Shown here one piece after another: positions 39,774 through 52,885 of a stretch of DNA of 64,000 nt. This DNA is from Lingula anatina (Eukaryota > Animalia > Brachiopoda): positions 8,804,001 to 8,868,000 of the forward strand of contig CM120649.1 of assembly GCA_051362555.1 (NCBI GenBank), in the 5' to 3' direction. The translations under genes were made by a program, and so were the position numbers. Each line of letters starts with the position of its first letter. Positions within the stretch are counted from its first letter, which is position 1. The notes below the pieces were generated by a model. That model was given only the letters and a program-made list of their open reading frames with translations. It had not been told where the DNA came from and made no database searches.

Positions 39774-39933
39774 AATTTTTGCACATTTCTTGTGGAAGAA
39801 GTGAGCAAAAACCAGAACTTGTGGGTGGTTACTGAGACTCTGGACACCATTGTTGATCATCTGTACCTGTTGTCATGGAGATCAGGGTAACAGACATACT
39901 CCAGACCATATGGTACCACAGCTGACAGCTTAG
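39774..39933 (+). pseudogene. HEATR3: Decayed exon resembling the penultimate coding exon of HEATR3 (Syo1)
   Basis: Acceptor tttcatttcag| and donor |gtaaaa. Translation NFCTFLVEEVSKNQNLWVVTETLDTIVDH/VPVVMEIRVTDILQTI/VPQLTA* versus remembered human [28 protein letters not shown]...IKLLSALKEFQPVFKMK. Frameshifts and a stop are present. Confidence 0.6.
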
Positions 39934-39954
39934 GTAAAACTGCTCCCTGTGGTT

Positions 39955-39997
<43 letters not shown>
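39955..39997. repeat. (TTTA)n microsatellite
   Basis: Directly visible. Confidence 0.95.
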
Positions 39998-39999
<2 letters not shown>

Positions 40000-40209
40000 T
40001 CAAAACAACTAAAGACCTATATCAGCAGTAGTTCCATCATATGCGTAGTGAACAATATAAAAAAGCGCCATGTTTTGCTTACTAAAATGATTCCTGCAGT
40101 TGGGTATTTAATATATTCTTTTACAGTGTAATAATATCTTTATTTCAAGACATATTAATCAATTAAAGCAATGGGTACCTTCTGATAGAATATTTTGAAA
40201 TTTTTCCAG

Positions 40210-40300
40210 ATTCATCAACAGAAGCCCACCTTCATATCAGTATGACAGCAAGGACAAATCTGGTTCAGTTCATCAAATACAAGTATTGGCCAGTAGATTA
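40210..40300 (+). pseudogene. HEATR3: Decayed exon resembling the last coding exon of HEATR3
   Basis: Acceptor tttttccag|. Translation IHQQKP.../MTARTNLVQFIKYK versus remembered human IRKE...VKMNLRRFIAYQ. One frameshift or deletion. Order and spacing follow the 39774 exon correctly. Confidence 0.6.
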
Positions 40301-41509
40301 ACTTAGACCCCTTTCCATACCTAGATCAATCTAGCAGGATCGACCCATCACCAGGGGAATTTTCACTAAATTTGAGTTCAGATCAAGCAGCTTAGATGTC
40401 TGGCACACCTACTGAACTTTACATCAATCGAAATCAAGTGAAGTTCAATGTGTTAAATTCTGAAAAATAAAAGATAATATACATATCCTAAACTTTGATG
40501 TTGTGAAAAAACCCAAAAACTGGAAACAACTCAAAAACTGGAATAGGGAAGAAAAGGAAGCCAATGTTCAGATTTACACATCAGATTCTCGGAAAGTAAA
40601 TCTACTAATTTCTCAGGTAAAATAATACATTTACAGAAAATAAAAAAATGGAGGGCATCCGTAATCCAGGGACATCGAATTTTTTCTGAACTAAAAAATA
40701 ATGCTTTGATTGTCTTTATATGTATTTATTTTATACAGTAGTTACATGTAGCATGCAATAAATTGGCATGGTAGGGTATACGGATATGTATGTATGTATG
40801 TGTATGTTTTTGAGAAATATTTATGTGAGAAGTGATATGTATAGTATTGTACATTGTAATGTTTATTTTTAGTCTAATTAAAGAAAATATACATACAATT
40901 TTTTGAGAACGTACGCGTATGATTCCATTTTGAAATATTTATATACATTTTTAATTATCCTTACATAGAATTACATTGATCATATGTTACTGAACATGTC
41001 AAACTACTGTCTCTAAGTCGGTTATTCAACTCATCACAGGCATCTGTAAGTAGCAGGCCTAGGGGAACGAGATGTGTACGTAATTAAAATGAATCTGCAG
41101 ATTGTTACTTTTCATGAAATTTGTATTTGCAACTTATTCAAAATGTTTGCAAACACTTGTAGAAAAGTGTACGGCTACCAGGGTGGTATTATTGGGTAGT
41201 GGGTCAAGAGTTCGAGGCCCATCTCGGCATGCCTATGGCTTAAGTGCATGCCTCTGTGGTTTAGGGCCGCCGTGGTCGCCCGTTTCACGGATTAGATTCC
41301 CGACACATTTGGAAAACATGACACTGAGTTCTGTCTTGAGAAATGTACTATTCTTTACATCATCTACTTTCCAGCTTATGGCAGCTGTGGACAATATGTC
41401 TATCAATAAATTACTGAGATCTCTAACAGTAGGGCCGTTCAATGAATTTAGTTTTGGTTATTTCCTAAAAAACCAGCTTAGGGCGTTTAATGTTTATCTT
41501 GTTTTTTTT

Positions 41510-44259
41510 TTATGTACAGACACAGATGTGTCTGTACATATTGCCATCACCTGCGTCTGTCGTCGCCGTCGCCGATCATGTCGCCGTCGCCGTGCACTTT
41601 CAGCGTTAACACCATAAGTGGAAGACAGTTTTACTTTTTGGCTTTATATTTACAGAGCTGACTAATATTCATAAAACGCAGGTCAAGTTCGAAAATCAGC
41701 ATGATCGTGCCATTATTGTAGAATTTATGCTGTTTTTTCACTTTTTAGCATATATGCAACATTGTTAACACATTTCAAAGAAAACCGATAAGCCTGTTGT
41801 CATGAAACTCACGGGAGTTATCAATCTTACTAAAATGCAGATCAAGTTCGAAAATCGGCATGATCGGGCCACTATTTTAGTAGTTATGCTGTTTTTTTCA
41901 CTTTTCAGCATATGTGCAACACTGTTAACACATTTCAAGGAAAACCGATAGACCTGTTGTCATGAAACTCACAGGAGTAATCAATCTTACTAAAACGCAG
42001 GTCAAGTTCAAAAATCAGCATAATCGGGCCATTATTTTATAAGTTATGCTGTTTTTTCACATTTCCTCAGATTCAATTCTTAGGCATGTTAACAGTCTCA
42101 TTATTTAACTAATAAGATTAGTAAAAGTGTTTGTTTGACATTTCCTGCATCTTTACAACATTGTTAGTTGATTATGTAAAAATGATGGTAAACTTGTTAT
42201 CATGTATTGTGTAATCAAGTGTCAAAAACGGAAATAAACTCATATCATTGCAGTTTGTCAGATTCAATCATCCATTATGTTCAGAATCTCAGAATGGAGG
42301 AAATTGGACATTTAACACTGTTCTATTGATACTTTTCTCATCTCATCAATTTTCTTAGTTGGTCATAAAAAAATGGCAGTAAAATGTTTATTTTGTTTTA
42401 TGTTAAAAAAGTGTTAAAAACGGAAATAAACCCATTTCAGAACAGTGCTGTCTTGTTTACATTTTGGCATTTTCAAGATGTGACTTTGAAGTTCCATGGG
42501 CCTGAAGACCTTTGCTAGTCACATTTTCTGAATATCTGTGATACTAATATTTTATAATTAAAAATTAATGGTCATTATGCTGTTAAACATTATGTAATAT
42601 TGCATCAAAATTTGAAGAAACCCCTATTTTGGGCACTGCTCCCATGATGACCATTTAAGGAAAATCATGTCACTTACTGTTCTCAAACTAATAAGATTAG
42701 TAAAAGTGTTTGTTTGACATTTCCTGCATCTTTACAACATTGTTAGTTGATTATGTAAAAATGATGGTAAACTTGTTATCATGTATTGTATAATAGAGTT
42801 TCAAAAATGGAAATAAACTCAGATTCATTCATTCATTCATTCATTCACTATGTTCAGAAACTCAGAATGGAGGAAATTGGACATTAAACACTGTTCTATT
42901 GATATTTTTCCCATTTCATCAATTTTCTTAGTTGATCATATATAAATGGCAGTAAATTGTTAATTTTGTTATATGTTAAAAAATTGTTAAAAATGGAAAA
43001 AAACACATTTCAGGACAGTGCTGTCTTGTCTACATTTTGGCATTTTCAAGGTGTGACTTTGAAGTTCCTTGGGCCTGAAGACCTTTGCTAGGAACATTTT
43101 CTGAATATCCATGATAGTAATATTTTATTATTAAAAATTGATGGTAATTATCCTGTTAAACATTATGTAATATTGCATCAAAATTTGAAGACACCCCTAT
43201 TTTGGACACTGCTCCCATGATGACCATTTAAGGAAAACCATGTCACTTACTGTTCTCAAACTTACAGGAAGAAACATGGGACTTAAATAAAGCTTCAGTG
43301 GGCAATGCAGTCTATTTGGTAAATTTTTTTGGCAGTTAATCAGTTTTTTGTGAAAATTTAATTTTTCACATATTGGCATTTTCAAGGTGTGACTTAAGAA
43401 TCTCCACCGGCTTGAAGACCCATGCTAGTCACATTTTCTGAAAATCCATGATACAGATCTTTTATTATTAAAAACTGATGGTCATTATGCTGTTAAGCAT
43501 TATGTAATATTGCATTAAAATAGAAGAAAACAAAATTTTGGGTGCTGCTGCCATGATGACCATTATGGGAAAACCATGTTACTTATGATTGTCAATCTTT
43601 AAAAAAAGAAACAAAGGACTAAAATGCAGGCTGAGTTAGAAAAGCAGTCTAATTGGCTTCTTTTTCTGGAAGTTATACATTTTAGTGAAATATTCATTTT
43701 TATCATGTTGGCATATTCATTGTGGGACTCGAAGCTCCCATGGACATGAAGCCAAATGGTAATCAAATTTTCTACATGTCCATGCTATTTATAGTCAATA
43801 ATCAAAAATTGGTGATAATTATTCTGTAATTTATTATGTAATGTTACATCAAAATTGACAAAAATCTTTTTGCACTGCTACTAGAAACATTATGAAAAGA
43901 AAACTGTTACTTATTATTATTTTCAACTTACAAGTATGATTTGTAGGATTGGCATGCAGTTCAAATAAGAAAGCCAGCTCAAATGGGTTATCATTTATTA
44001 TTGAATTTAAGCAGTTTTATGTGAAATTTTCATTTTTCTCATTCTGGCATTTTCAAAGTGTGAACTTAAACTCCCATGGGCCTGAAGCATTATGCTTGTT
44101 ACACATTTCACTTACATTGGTATTACCTGTTGAGCATAATTAAAATTTGATGTTGAATGTGAAGTTAAGCATAATGTACTTTTGCATCAGAATTGACAGT
44201 AGCCTGTTTTGTTATTTCCTGCTTTTTGTCTGTACATTTGACAGCTTTGCTGCCTTGTT
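41510..44259 (+). mobile_element. Family-3 HINE copy D, with an internal duplication of about 570 bp
   Basis: Both termini are complete. The block beginning actaataagattagtaaaagtgtttgtttgaca occurs at about 42108 and again at about 42687. Confidence 0.88.
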
Positions 44260-44618
44260 CTTTCTAACTATGGAATTAAGATAAAAGTTAATTCAGCCAA
44301 TAACAATATTGAAATATAAATATCGGAAATTGTTTTCATTTGAGACATAAAACTATTGTATTGGAATAAAGTACTTATTAAAATGCTTCATTTATTGTGA
44401 GTAAAAGTCAACTGACTGACGTCCCAAATGCCTTTGAATAAGAATCGCTGTTGTTATTGTGCTTTTTCAAACTTTAAAACCAAAAGAGTCCCATTGGGTA
44501 TACGTATTTTCGTTACCTGTGAAAGCCACTTTTTATTTCCCCCGAGATGCATGAAATGTTTATATCATTATAATGATCTGTGAAGACCCCCCTTCCCGTG
44601 ACTCGTGAATGTGCCTTT

Positions 44619-47405
44619 TTATGTACAGACACAGATGTGTCTGTACATATAGCCGTCATCTGCGTCTGTCGTCGTCGTTGCCATCGTCGCCGTCGCCGTG
44701 CACCGATAACACAATAAATGGAAAACTTTTTTCTTTTGGTTTGAAATTTACAGAACTGATGAATATTCATAATACGCAGGTCAAGTTCGAAAATCAGCAT
44801 GATCGGGTCACTTTTAGGGAATTTATGCTGTTTTTTCACTTTTTTCAGCATATATGCAGCACCGATAACACGATAAGTGGAAAACCATTTTACCTTTTGA
44901 CTTGAAACTTACAGAACTGATGAATATTCATAATACGCAGGTCAAGTTTGAAAATTGGCATGATTGGATCATTTTTAGGGAATTTATGCTGTTTTTTTCA
45001 CTTTTTTCAGCATAGTATACAGCACCGATAACATGATAAGTGGAAAACCATTTTACCTTTTGGCTTGAAACTTACAGAACTGATGAATATTCATAATACG
45101 CAGGTCAAGTTTGAAAATTGGCATGATCAGAGCATTTTTATAAAAGTTTTGCTGTTTTTTCACTTTTTTCAGCATATATGCAACACCTATAACACATTTT
45201 AAGGAAAATCAATTGGCCAATTATCTTGAAATTCAAAGTAGTGATCAGTGTTACTGAAATACAGATTAAGTTTTGAAAATAAGCTTGATCAGTAAAGGTT
45301 TGGTGAAGTTATGCCTTTTTTGTATATAAGTGTTTTTTTCCTCAAATTTAATTCTCTGGCATGTTAACAGTCTCATTTTTGAACTAATTAGATATGTTAA
45401 GTTGTTCTTTTGAGATTTTCTGCATCTTAACAACATTGTTAGGTGATTATATAATAATGATGGTAAACCTGATATTGTGTATTGTGTAATAAGTGTCAAA
45501 AATGGAAAATAACATATCTTTACAGTTTGTCAGATTCAACCATTCACTATGTTCAGAATTTCAGAATGGAGCAAGTTGGACATTTATGACAGTTCTATTG
45601 ATATTTTTACTTTGACAACATATTTTTTGATTGATCATATAAAAATGACAGTAAATTGATTATTTTGCTTTATGTAAAAAAGGTGATGAAAATGGAAATA
45701 AACTATTTCAATACAGTTTTCTCTTGTTGACATTTTGGGATTTTCAAAGTATGACTCTGAACTCTATGGGCTAGTCACATTTTCTGAATATCCATGATAC
45801 TTTTATTTTATTATTAAAAAATTTATGGTTATTATGCTGTTAAGCATTGTGTAATATTGCATCAAAATTGAACAAAACCCTATTCTGGGCACTGCCTCCG
45901 TAGTGGCAGTGAAAGGAAAACCATGTCACTTGCTCTTCTCACACTTACAGGAAAGAAACATAGGACTGAAATACAGCTTCAGTTGAAAAATTGTCTCATT
46001 AGTTAATTGTTTGTAAGTAATACAGGTTTTTAATGAAAATTTTTATCTTTCACATGTTGCAATTTTCAATGTGGGACTTAGAGCTCCCTTGGGCATGAAG
46101 GCCAGTGGTAATCAAATTTTCTTAATGTCCATGTTTTTAATAGTAGATATTTTAATATTGGTGGTATTTAATTAGTTAATCATTATGTAATGTTGCATCA
46201 AAATTGACAAAAAACCTACTTTGTGCTCTGCCACCATTAATATTATGTAAAGTAAAGTGTTACTTTCTATTTTTTTAACTATTCTTACAAGAATGATTCT
46301 TAGGATTGACATACAGCTCATATTAGAGAACCAGCTCTATTGGATTATCATTTTTATTAAATTTATGAATTTTTTGTGAAATTTTCATTTTTCTCATCCT
46401 GGCACTTTCTAATTGTAAACTTGAACTCTGATGGGTCTGAACCCTTATGCTTTTACTTTCATCAGTGTTACCTGTTGTGCATAATTAAAATTTGATGTTG
46501 ACTGTGCAGATAAACATACGTAATGTATTATTGCATCAGAATTGGCAGTCTCCAGTTTTATTTTGTGCATTATTGTTTTATGCTTTTCTTAAGGTGTGAC
46601 TTATGGGCCAGAAGACCTTTGATAGACAAATTTGTGTGGTCAGTCTGTAAATTCCCCTTGGGTATTCACTAGGCTAATTTCAGTGCTATAAACTCATTTG
46701 CCTAATTAAGCGGCCATTAATATAAGTGAAACTTCATAAAGCACACTTGTTGATATTTCCCTGTAAACTCCCAAAGGTTAAGCTCTCTGTTAGATAACAT
46801 AGTGTCCATAATAAGGAAGCAGTGAATAGCAGCTTCATTGGAATTATATTTTTGTTGTTTTCTTTTTAATTTTTTCTCCAACACTGGCATTTTTAAGATG
46901 TGACTTTTAACTCCCATCCACCTGAGGCTCTGCACATTTTCAGTATTTCCACATAAGCAGTTGTATTGGTATTTATGTCTTTAAACACGCTGTAATATTA
47001 TTTTATGCACTGTCATCATTTTTCATATATTGGGACTTTCATCATGTGAATTTTAACTCTCATGGTCCTGAAACTGTAATCTTATTTAAGGGGTGGATTG
47101 AGACTATTTTCTGGGTCTCCTGGAAGACAGTCAGATTTTAAAGTTTATATTCACGGGTTTCTGTTGGAAGACCATCAAAATGGAGGATGGATCAACAAAG
47201 ATACTTTGGAATACTGTCAAAAAAAATATCTCTGGATCTGCTCCTGTTATTGACCATGTTACCTGTTGTGCATGATTAAAAATCAGTGTTGACTGACTGT
47301 GCTATTATAAGCATTTATTATTGCATCAAAATTGACAAAATGACCTATTTTGCATCTTTTTTTTCTGTTTTTTGTCTGTACATTTGACAGCTTTGCTGCC
47401 TTGTT
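44619..47405 (+). mobile_element. Family-3 HINE copy E (subfamily of copy A)
   Basis: Both termini are complete. Shares gcaccgataacacgataagtggaa monomer variants and its 3' region with copy A. The flanks rejoin to match 60190-60420. Confidence 0.88.
47088..47246 (+). mobile_element. hAT-like MITE inserted in HINE copy E
   Basis: aggggtggat...atctgctcctg. Absent at the equivalent site of copy A (about 25441-25460). Paralog at 60759-60926. Confidence 0.75.
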
Positions 47406-47529
47406 ATTCTTTGCCCTTTGTGAAACGAAGTATTATACTCGGTGATTCGTGATTATCAGGATTTTCGATTTGCATCATCAGTGAGATATGATTTAAGTTT
47501 TATTCACTGTGATTTGTAAATTAATGATT

Positions 47530-48310
47530 TTAATAATAATAATAATACATTTCTTTAAACCGAGCTACACTTGCGTCTCAGCGCAGTTAACACTTACATA
47601 TAAAAACTAAAACTACAAAGATTAATTAAAAACTAACATAGAAGTATTTAAAACTAAGATATAAAAGTTAACCAATATATTCCTTAAATACAGAAGTGTT
47701 TAATTCTTTTAAAAATAGTAACATTTGTTCAGTTGATAGATTAAATTGGACCATAAAATTGGTGCAGCAATCTCAAAACTCCATATGTTTTTAGAGTCTT
47801 TTTGGTATCGCTTCGCTTGAGTTGAAATTGACCACTGGAACGAAGAGTTCTAAGAGGAGTTGAAAGTTCTATTATATTGTTCACATAAAATGGACAGTCG
47901 CCCTTTAAAATTATTCAGTGTGACATGACAATTATATAAAAGTCAGGAGTAAAATCTTATAAACTATTCTTTGAGAGACTGGTAACCAATTAAGATCGCG
48001 GAGAACTGGTGTGATGTGGTCGGATTTCTTAGTTTTACGAAGGAGATGAGCTGCTGAATTCTGACTAGACTGAAGTTTTTCCATTTGACAGTTAGGTAAT
48101 ACAAACAAGAGGCTGTTGCAATAATCGAGTCTAGAGGTCACAAATACATGTATGAGTAGATCTGCTTGCTTGCTGTCAGTAAGGTGAAGAATCTTGGGAA
48201 TTCGTTGCAGACTAAAATATGATGATTTACACACTTTGTTCATGTGTGATGTCATGTCACATTTGTTGTTGAAAATTGCACCCAGGTTTCTAACTTCTTT
48301 GCTTGGAGTC
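47530..48310 (-). mobile_element. L2/CR1-group LINE 3' fragment
   Basis: VRNLGAIF...LIHVFVTSRLDYCNSLL..LP....KLQSSQNSAA.L...KKSDHITPVLRDLNWLPVSQRIVYKILLLTF is the typical L2 ORF2 C-terminus. A (TTA)n tail lies at about 47530-47546. Confidence 0.9.
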
Positions 48311-49607
48311 TCCAATACAAGTAAAGTGTGTCCCTCAGCAAGGTGAAACTACAGAGCTATACTGGCGCAGAGCAGACTTGCAATTTTTGGGGATTTCAAA
48401 CTCTTTTCTTTGCTCTCAATCTTCTAAACATCTAAACTGAACAGTCTCCAACCACGAGTGTAGCGTGGATTTATTTTAATAATAAAAAAATCTGCCTGCT
48501 GGTATAGAAATGTAAGACCGAGACTTTTAAACTTAAACACGGAGAACCCAAAACTGTAAAAAAATATCTGTTTATTGCACGTCTATACACTGTATTTACT
48601 CATTAATGACGTCCAGAGGTTGGCGCGGTAAACAAATACACTGCTTCATTTATAAATAACGACACTGACTATATTTCTGAATTTAAAGTAAAACAAGAAA
48701 AGTTGAAAAAATGGAGTAAACATTTGAGTTTTTCTATTTCGCTAAATGTACCCAATGCCCAGCAAATGTCAAAATTGTATAAGGTTTTACTTTTAATTCC
48801 CTGTTTATATTTGAATATGAATAAGCTTTAATTATTATCGTGTAAAGCTCTCTTTTGGAAGAAAATAAGGAAAAGTCTTCAAACTTTCTTAATTGATGTG
48901 AAAGTCTAAGTCTCCGCTGTAATCATATCTAATTCGTAAATATCCCTCTCATGCGGAAAGTGGGTGTGACGCTTATTTCCCTTTATAGCCAAAATCGAAT
49001 TCTCCTAGTGGAGCGACTCATCGTGGCATATTTAACCTCGGCCTCGGGCTGATCACTTGCCATATCGAATTCCACAAGAATTTCAGGGGTGATATTCTTT
49101 GTGATCGTGTACTCAACCAACTCCACACAGTCTCACCACAGCGTTGTGCAGAACTCATGGCACACTAACGAAGGTAAATGATGTAATTTAAAATCTGGTG
49201 GAACTTAATTATATAAAACATATTTTTGGAAACAAGCAAACAAGTAAACAAAAAATATAAATAAATATATAAATAATACATATAAATATATAAATAAAAA
49301 GAATGAAAGTAAGATAAGAAAATAAAAAATGAAAAGAAAAATACTGCAAATGGGGTGAAAATTATTTCCTACCTGCAATTTCACAAAAGTCAATTATTAT
49401 AAACAGAATGTGACTAAAATATGCTGATCACATTAAGTCTTTAGGTTCTTATATATACTTTTTTTTTCACTCAGGTAGCTGACGCCGGAATAGTTCTTTA
49501 ACCTCCTCTCGCCTATATTTTAATTTACTTATTTAAATAATCCTGGAGACAGTCCGCTCTCTACGGCGTATTCATTTTTAGACAGCTATACTTGATAACC
49601 AGTATGA

Positions 49608-49910
49608 TGATTGACGTTTTATTATATACCTGCCAATCAAGCCATCCACTTTCAATAGCTTTGATTGGCACCTCTCAATCACAGGAAGTAAAAGCTCCTT
49701 TGCAGGATGATTGTGATTGACGTTTGTTTAACTATTCGTCAATCAAGCTGTCAATTTTGACAGCTTTGATTGACACCTATCAATCACAGGCGATAAAAGT
49801 TCTTTGGCGGTATGGATGTGATTGACGTATGTTTACTTTACCGACAATCAAACTGTCAAATTTGACAGCTTTGATTGGTATCTATCAATCACGAGATGTT
49901 AGAGTTCTTT
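49608..49910. repeat. Three diverged about 105-bp tandem units, each with an internal hairpin
   Basis: ttgacg at 49611, 49717 and 49822. Hairpin caatcaagctgtcaa-tt-ttgacagctttgattg. Confidence 0.85.
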
Positions 49911-52467
49911 TATTCTACAAAGAAATTGTAGGAGCCGTTTGCACTAGACAGATTCCCCAGGAACTGAAATTTTTAAAGTAAGGTTTATACAAAGGAAAGA
50001 AAAGCAGGCAAATCTCATATAGTGTCACGTGCTCTCCTTGAGGGAACAAAAGAAAAATATATGTAGTTCATACATAAGCCAGTATATAACAAAAATAGAA
50101 AAGAATGAAAACAGTCACAACTATAATAGCCAACTAAATAAATGAATAAAGGGACAAGGAAATATATCGAAAGAATTATTTTCTCACCAAAAATGCGTGA
50201 ATTAAAAATAAATAATAATAACCGTGAGGCTTTTTTTGCTAATTCTCAAACTTACTGGAGTGATTCATTTTATGAAAAATACAGTCCATGTTTGAATTGC
50301 AGATATAATTTGTCTTTTTTCCTTATATTCCCCCGCTTTTTCACTTTTCTGTTATACATAATAATGTAAGACTTGTTAACGCAATAAATGGAAAACCCCG
50401 TGACTTATCATACTGAAATTTACAGAATCGCTGTTTAGCATGAGTATTAGAATACAACCCAAGGGCAAATTTCAGCTTTATAACATTTTTGGCGAAGGTT
50501 TTACCATGCTCCCCTTTCCTTCAAATGAAATGTGTCGTCTCTCCTGACGCTCTGCTTTACGTTGTTGTCATAGCTATAGCTTGCTTGAGTCCGTCTTAAC
50601 ACTTTCTTGCAAAAATAATTTGTAATTTAGAATATACATGCATATTCTGGCGTTAAAGAGTCTAGATATGATTTGAGTCGCTACGAGAGAAAATAATAAA
50701 GCTTGATAAAAGTATTGATCAAATAGGCCCATGATCATTAATATAAAGCGTTTATATAAATATGTAAAAATTTACAAATAATTAGCTTAAGTTGTTTTGG
50801 CTTCTCTATCCTAGACAGCGTCTCGACGTGAATTCCCAGAGAAAAAATGTATCGCCTGCAGGGACCTCAAGTACGTTACCACTGTTACATAGTACTCTGA
50901 AGACTTACATGAGACTCCGAAGAAATTATAAGAAAAATGATCATATCAGCACCCTCTATCATTTATCACTGTCTTCACTAGCACAATGTGGTTGAATTCA
51001 TGGACAACGTCACAATCATGTTGAGAAAGACTCTGAAGTCAAATACTGTGGTATTAACACTGTTGTAACTCAACTTCCTCTATTCTCCCAGACCATTACA
51101 TACCTGTTAACATTGACACGACCTACCTACGTCCCCACCCCCGACACACACACAGACCCCCCCCCCCCACACACACACACACAAATACACACACACACAC
51201 ACAAAACTATTTTTATGCTCTGGAAAGTAACACCTTGGTTAGAAATGTATTGTTAGCAGTTTGCTATAGTAAAATACTTTGACCACACAAAATGATATAG
51301 AAAAATCAAATAAGCAATTAAGAAATTTGAAGTCTTTCAATGTTTCAAAAATTTTAAACTTGGTCATACTAACAGCCCGTTTTAATCAATAATTAAAACA
51401 AGTCAATCTTTGCGCTCCGATATTTCAGTCTCCGTTGTGTGGCTTTCATCGGGGATTCAGCTTTTTGCACACCTCAGGCAGAGGTGACACTCACGTCGTT
51501 AGCCCAACTTTCTATGTTTCTGGAACTTTTTTGAAATATTGTTAAGGTTTCTTTGTGAAGTCCCAAATATCTCACTTCGTGAAAAATTCATTTTTAATTA
51601 AAAAAAAAAAAAATGAAATTATCATTCTGTCCTTCAAACCGCAATCTGCACTTTTCTTTTTTTTTTTTTAGCCCATTTTCTTTGGGTACAGTTCTGGAAA
51701 GCACGAAATTGCATTCATTAGTGAAAATTAATTAAATTAATTAAATTCTAATTAGCACTTCTGTTTTATGTTTTCTGGTACATATTCTGGTTAGTCGCGC
51801 AAATAGGCCCTAGTGCATAAATGAAAATGTGCAATATTTCGTGCAAGTCGGCAAACATACTTTATATGAAAATTAATCGTTGACAGTTTGTGTAGTTCAA
51901 AAATAGTTCCATTTGTAACTTATTTTAATTTTAGTTCCTTTCGTAGCGTTGACGCTTTGCCAGTTAATTTTACAGTGAGCACTGCGTTTTTAGTGACTCT
52001 TTCTCAATAGATGTCATCTTTAAAGTTCATCTTTGTTAATTACTAAAGTTGAAACATACGGTAGTTATATAAGTAAAAAAAAGATTAATCTCTACATTTT
52101 TTAGAGACAAAAGTCGTAAAACTTTGTATAACCTGGTATGTTAAAGTTAAAGGACACCGGTTAACACCCGAACGCACTCAAAACTCAATTTCCCCGACTC
52201 TCCCAAACCTTTTATACTATCATCATACCCTCCCCCCATCACTTTTGTGCCGTTTCATTTCAACATATTTCCTTTTAATCTAACTTTCTCTACTGAATGG
52301 TTTGTCCATATATAATTTAAACTAAAATAGCATAAAATAACTTATTAGTTCATTTCTTTTTTAACATTTCATCCCCCTCCCCGTTATGTCTTCACTAACA
52401 CAATTGGCTGATATTTGTAGAGTCCGTCACAATCATGGTTGAGACAGCATCAAAATCAACACACCGC

Positions 52468-52630
52468 AGCCTGTGGCTACCCTCTACCAGGGCCATAGAT
52501 TGATTTTTCTCTAGATAATTAAAGATGTGTGTCAGGTTAAATAGATGGCTAATCTCTGTCCACAAAATCTCTGTCCAAAAAATGTCCACAGCACAATAAC
52601 TGCGGCCTTGGTAGATGGAAGACTATGGCT
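52468..52630. mobile_element. Small MITE; right-end fragment also at about 24629-24675
   Basis: Imperfect TIR agcctgtggctaccctctaccagggccatag / ctgcggccttggtagatggaagactatggct. Confidence 0.6.
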
Positions 52631-52885
52631 CAGTTCCCATATTTTAATACTGAGGTTGCTCATTTGAAATGTCTTCACGGTGACAGAGAACATATTTTAT
52701 GTTAGCAAGGAAGATTAAGAGGTTAAAAACGAGCGAGAGAGGCAGAGGGAGAGAAAAAAGTTAAAACAGGTTTATCCGAGACATTAATAAAATCGAAAAA
52801 CAAATTAATTCAATTATAAGCAGGAACATCTTTACGGATGATTGAATTGCACACATATCTTAGAACGTATGTCGGAGATTGTTAA

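Noticed and set aside
48960-49180. Exon-like segment ending gaag|gtaaat
   Set aside because: A single donor-like site with no recognisable coding signal or acceptor is not enough support.
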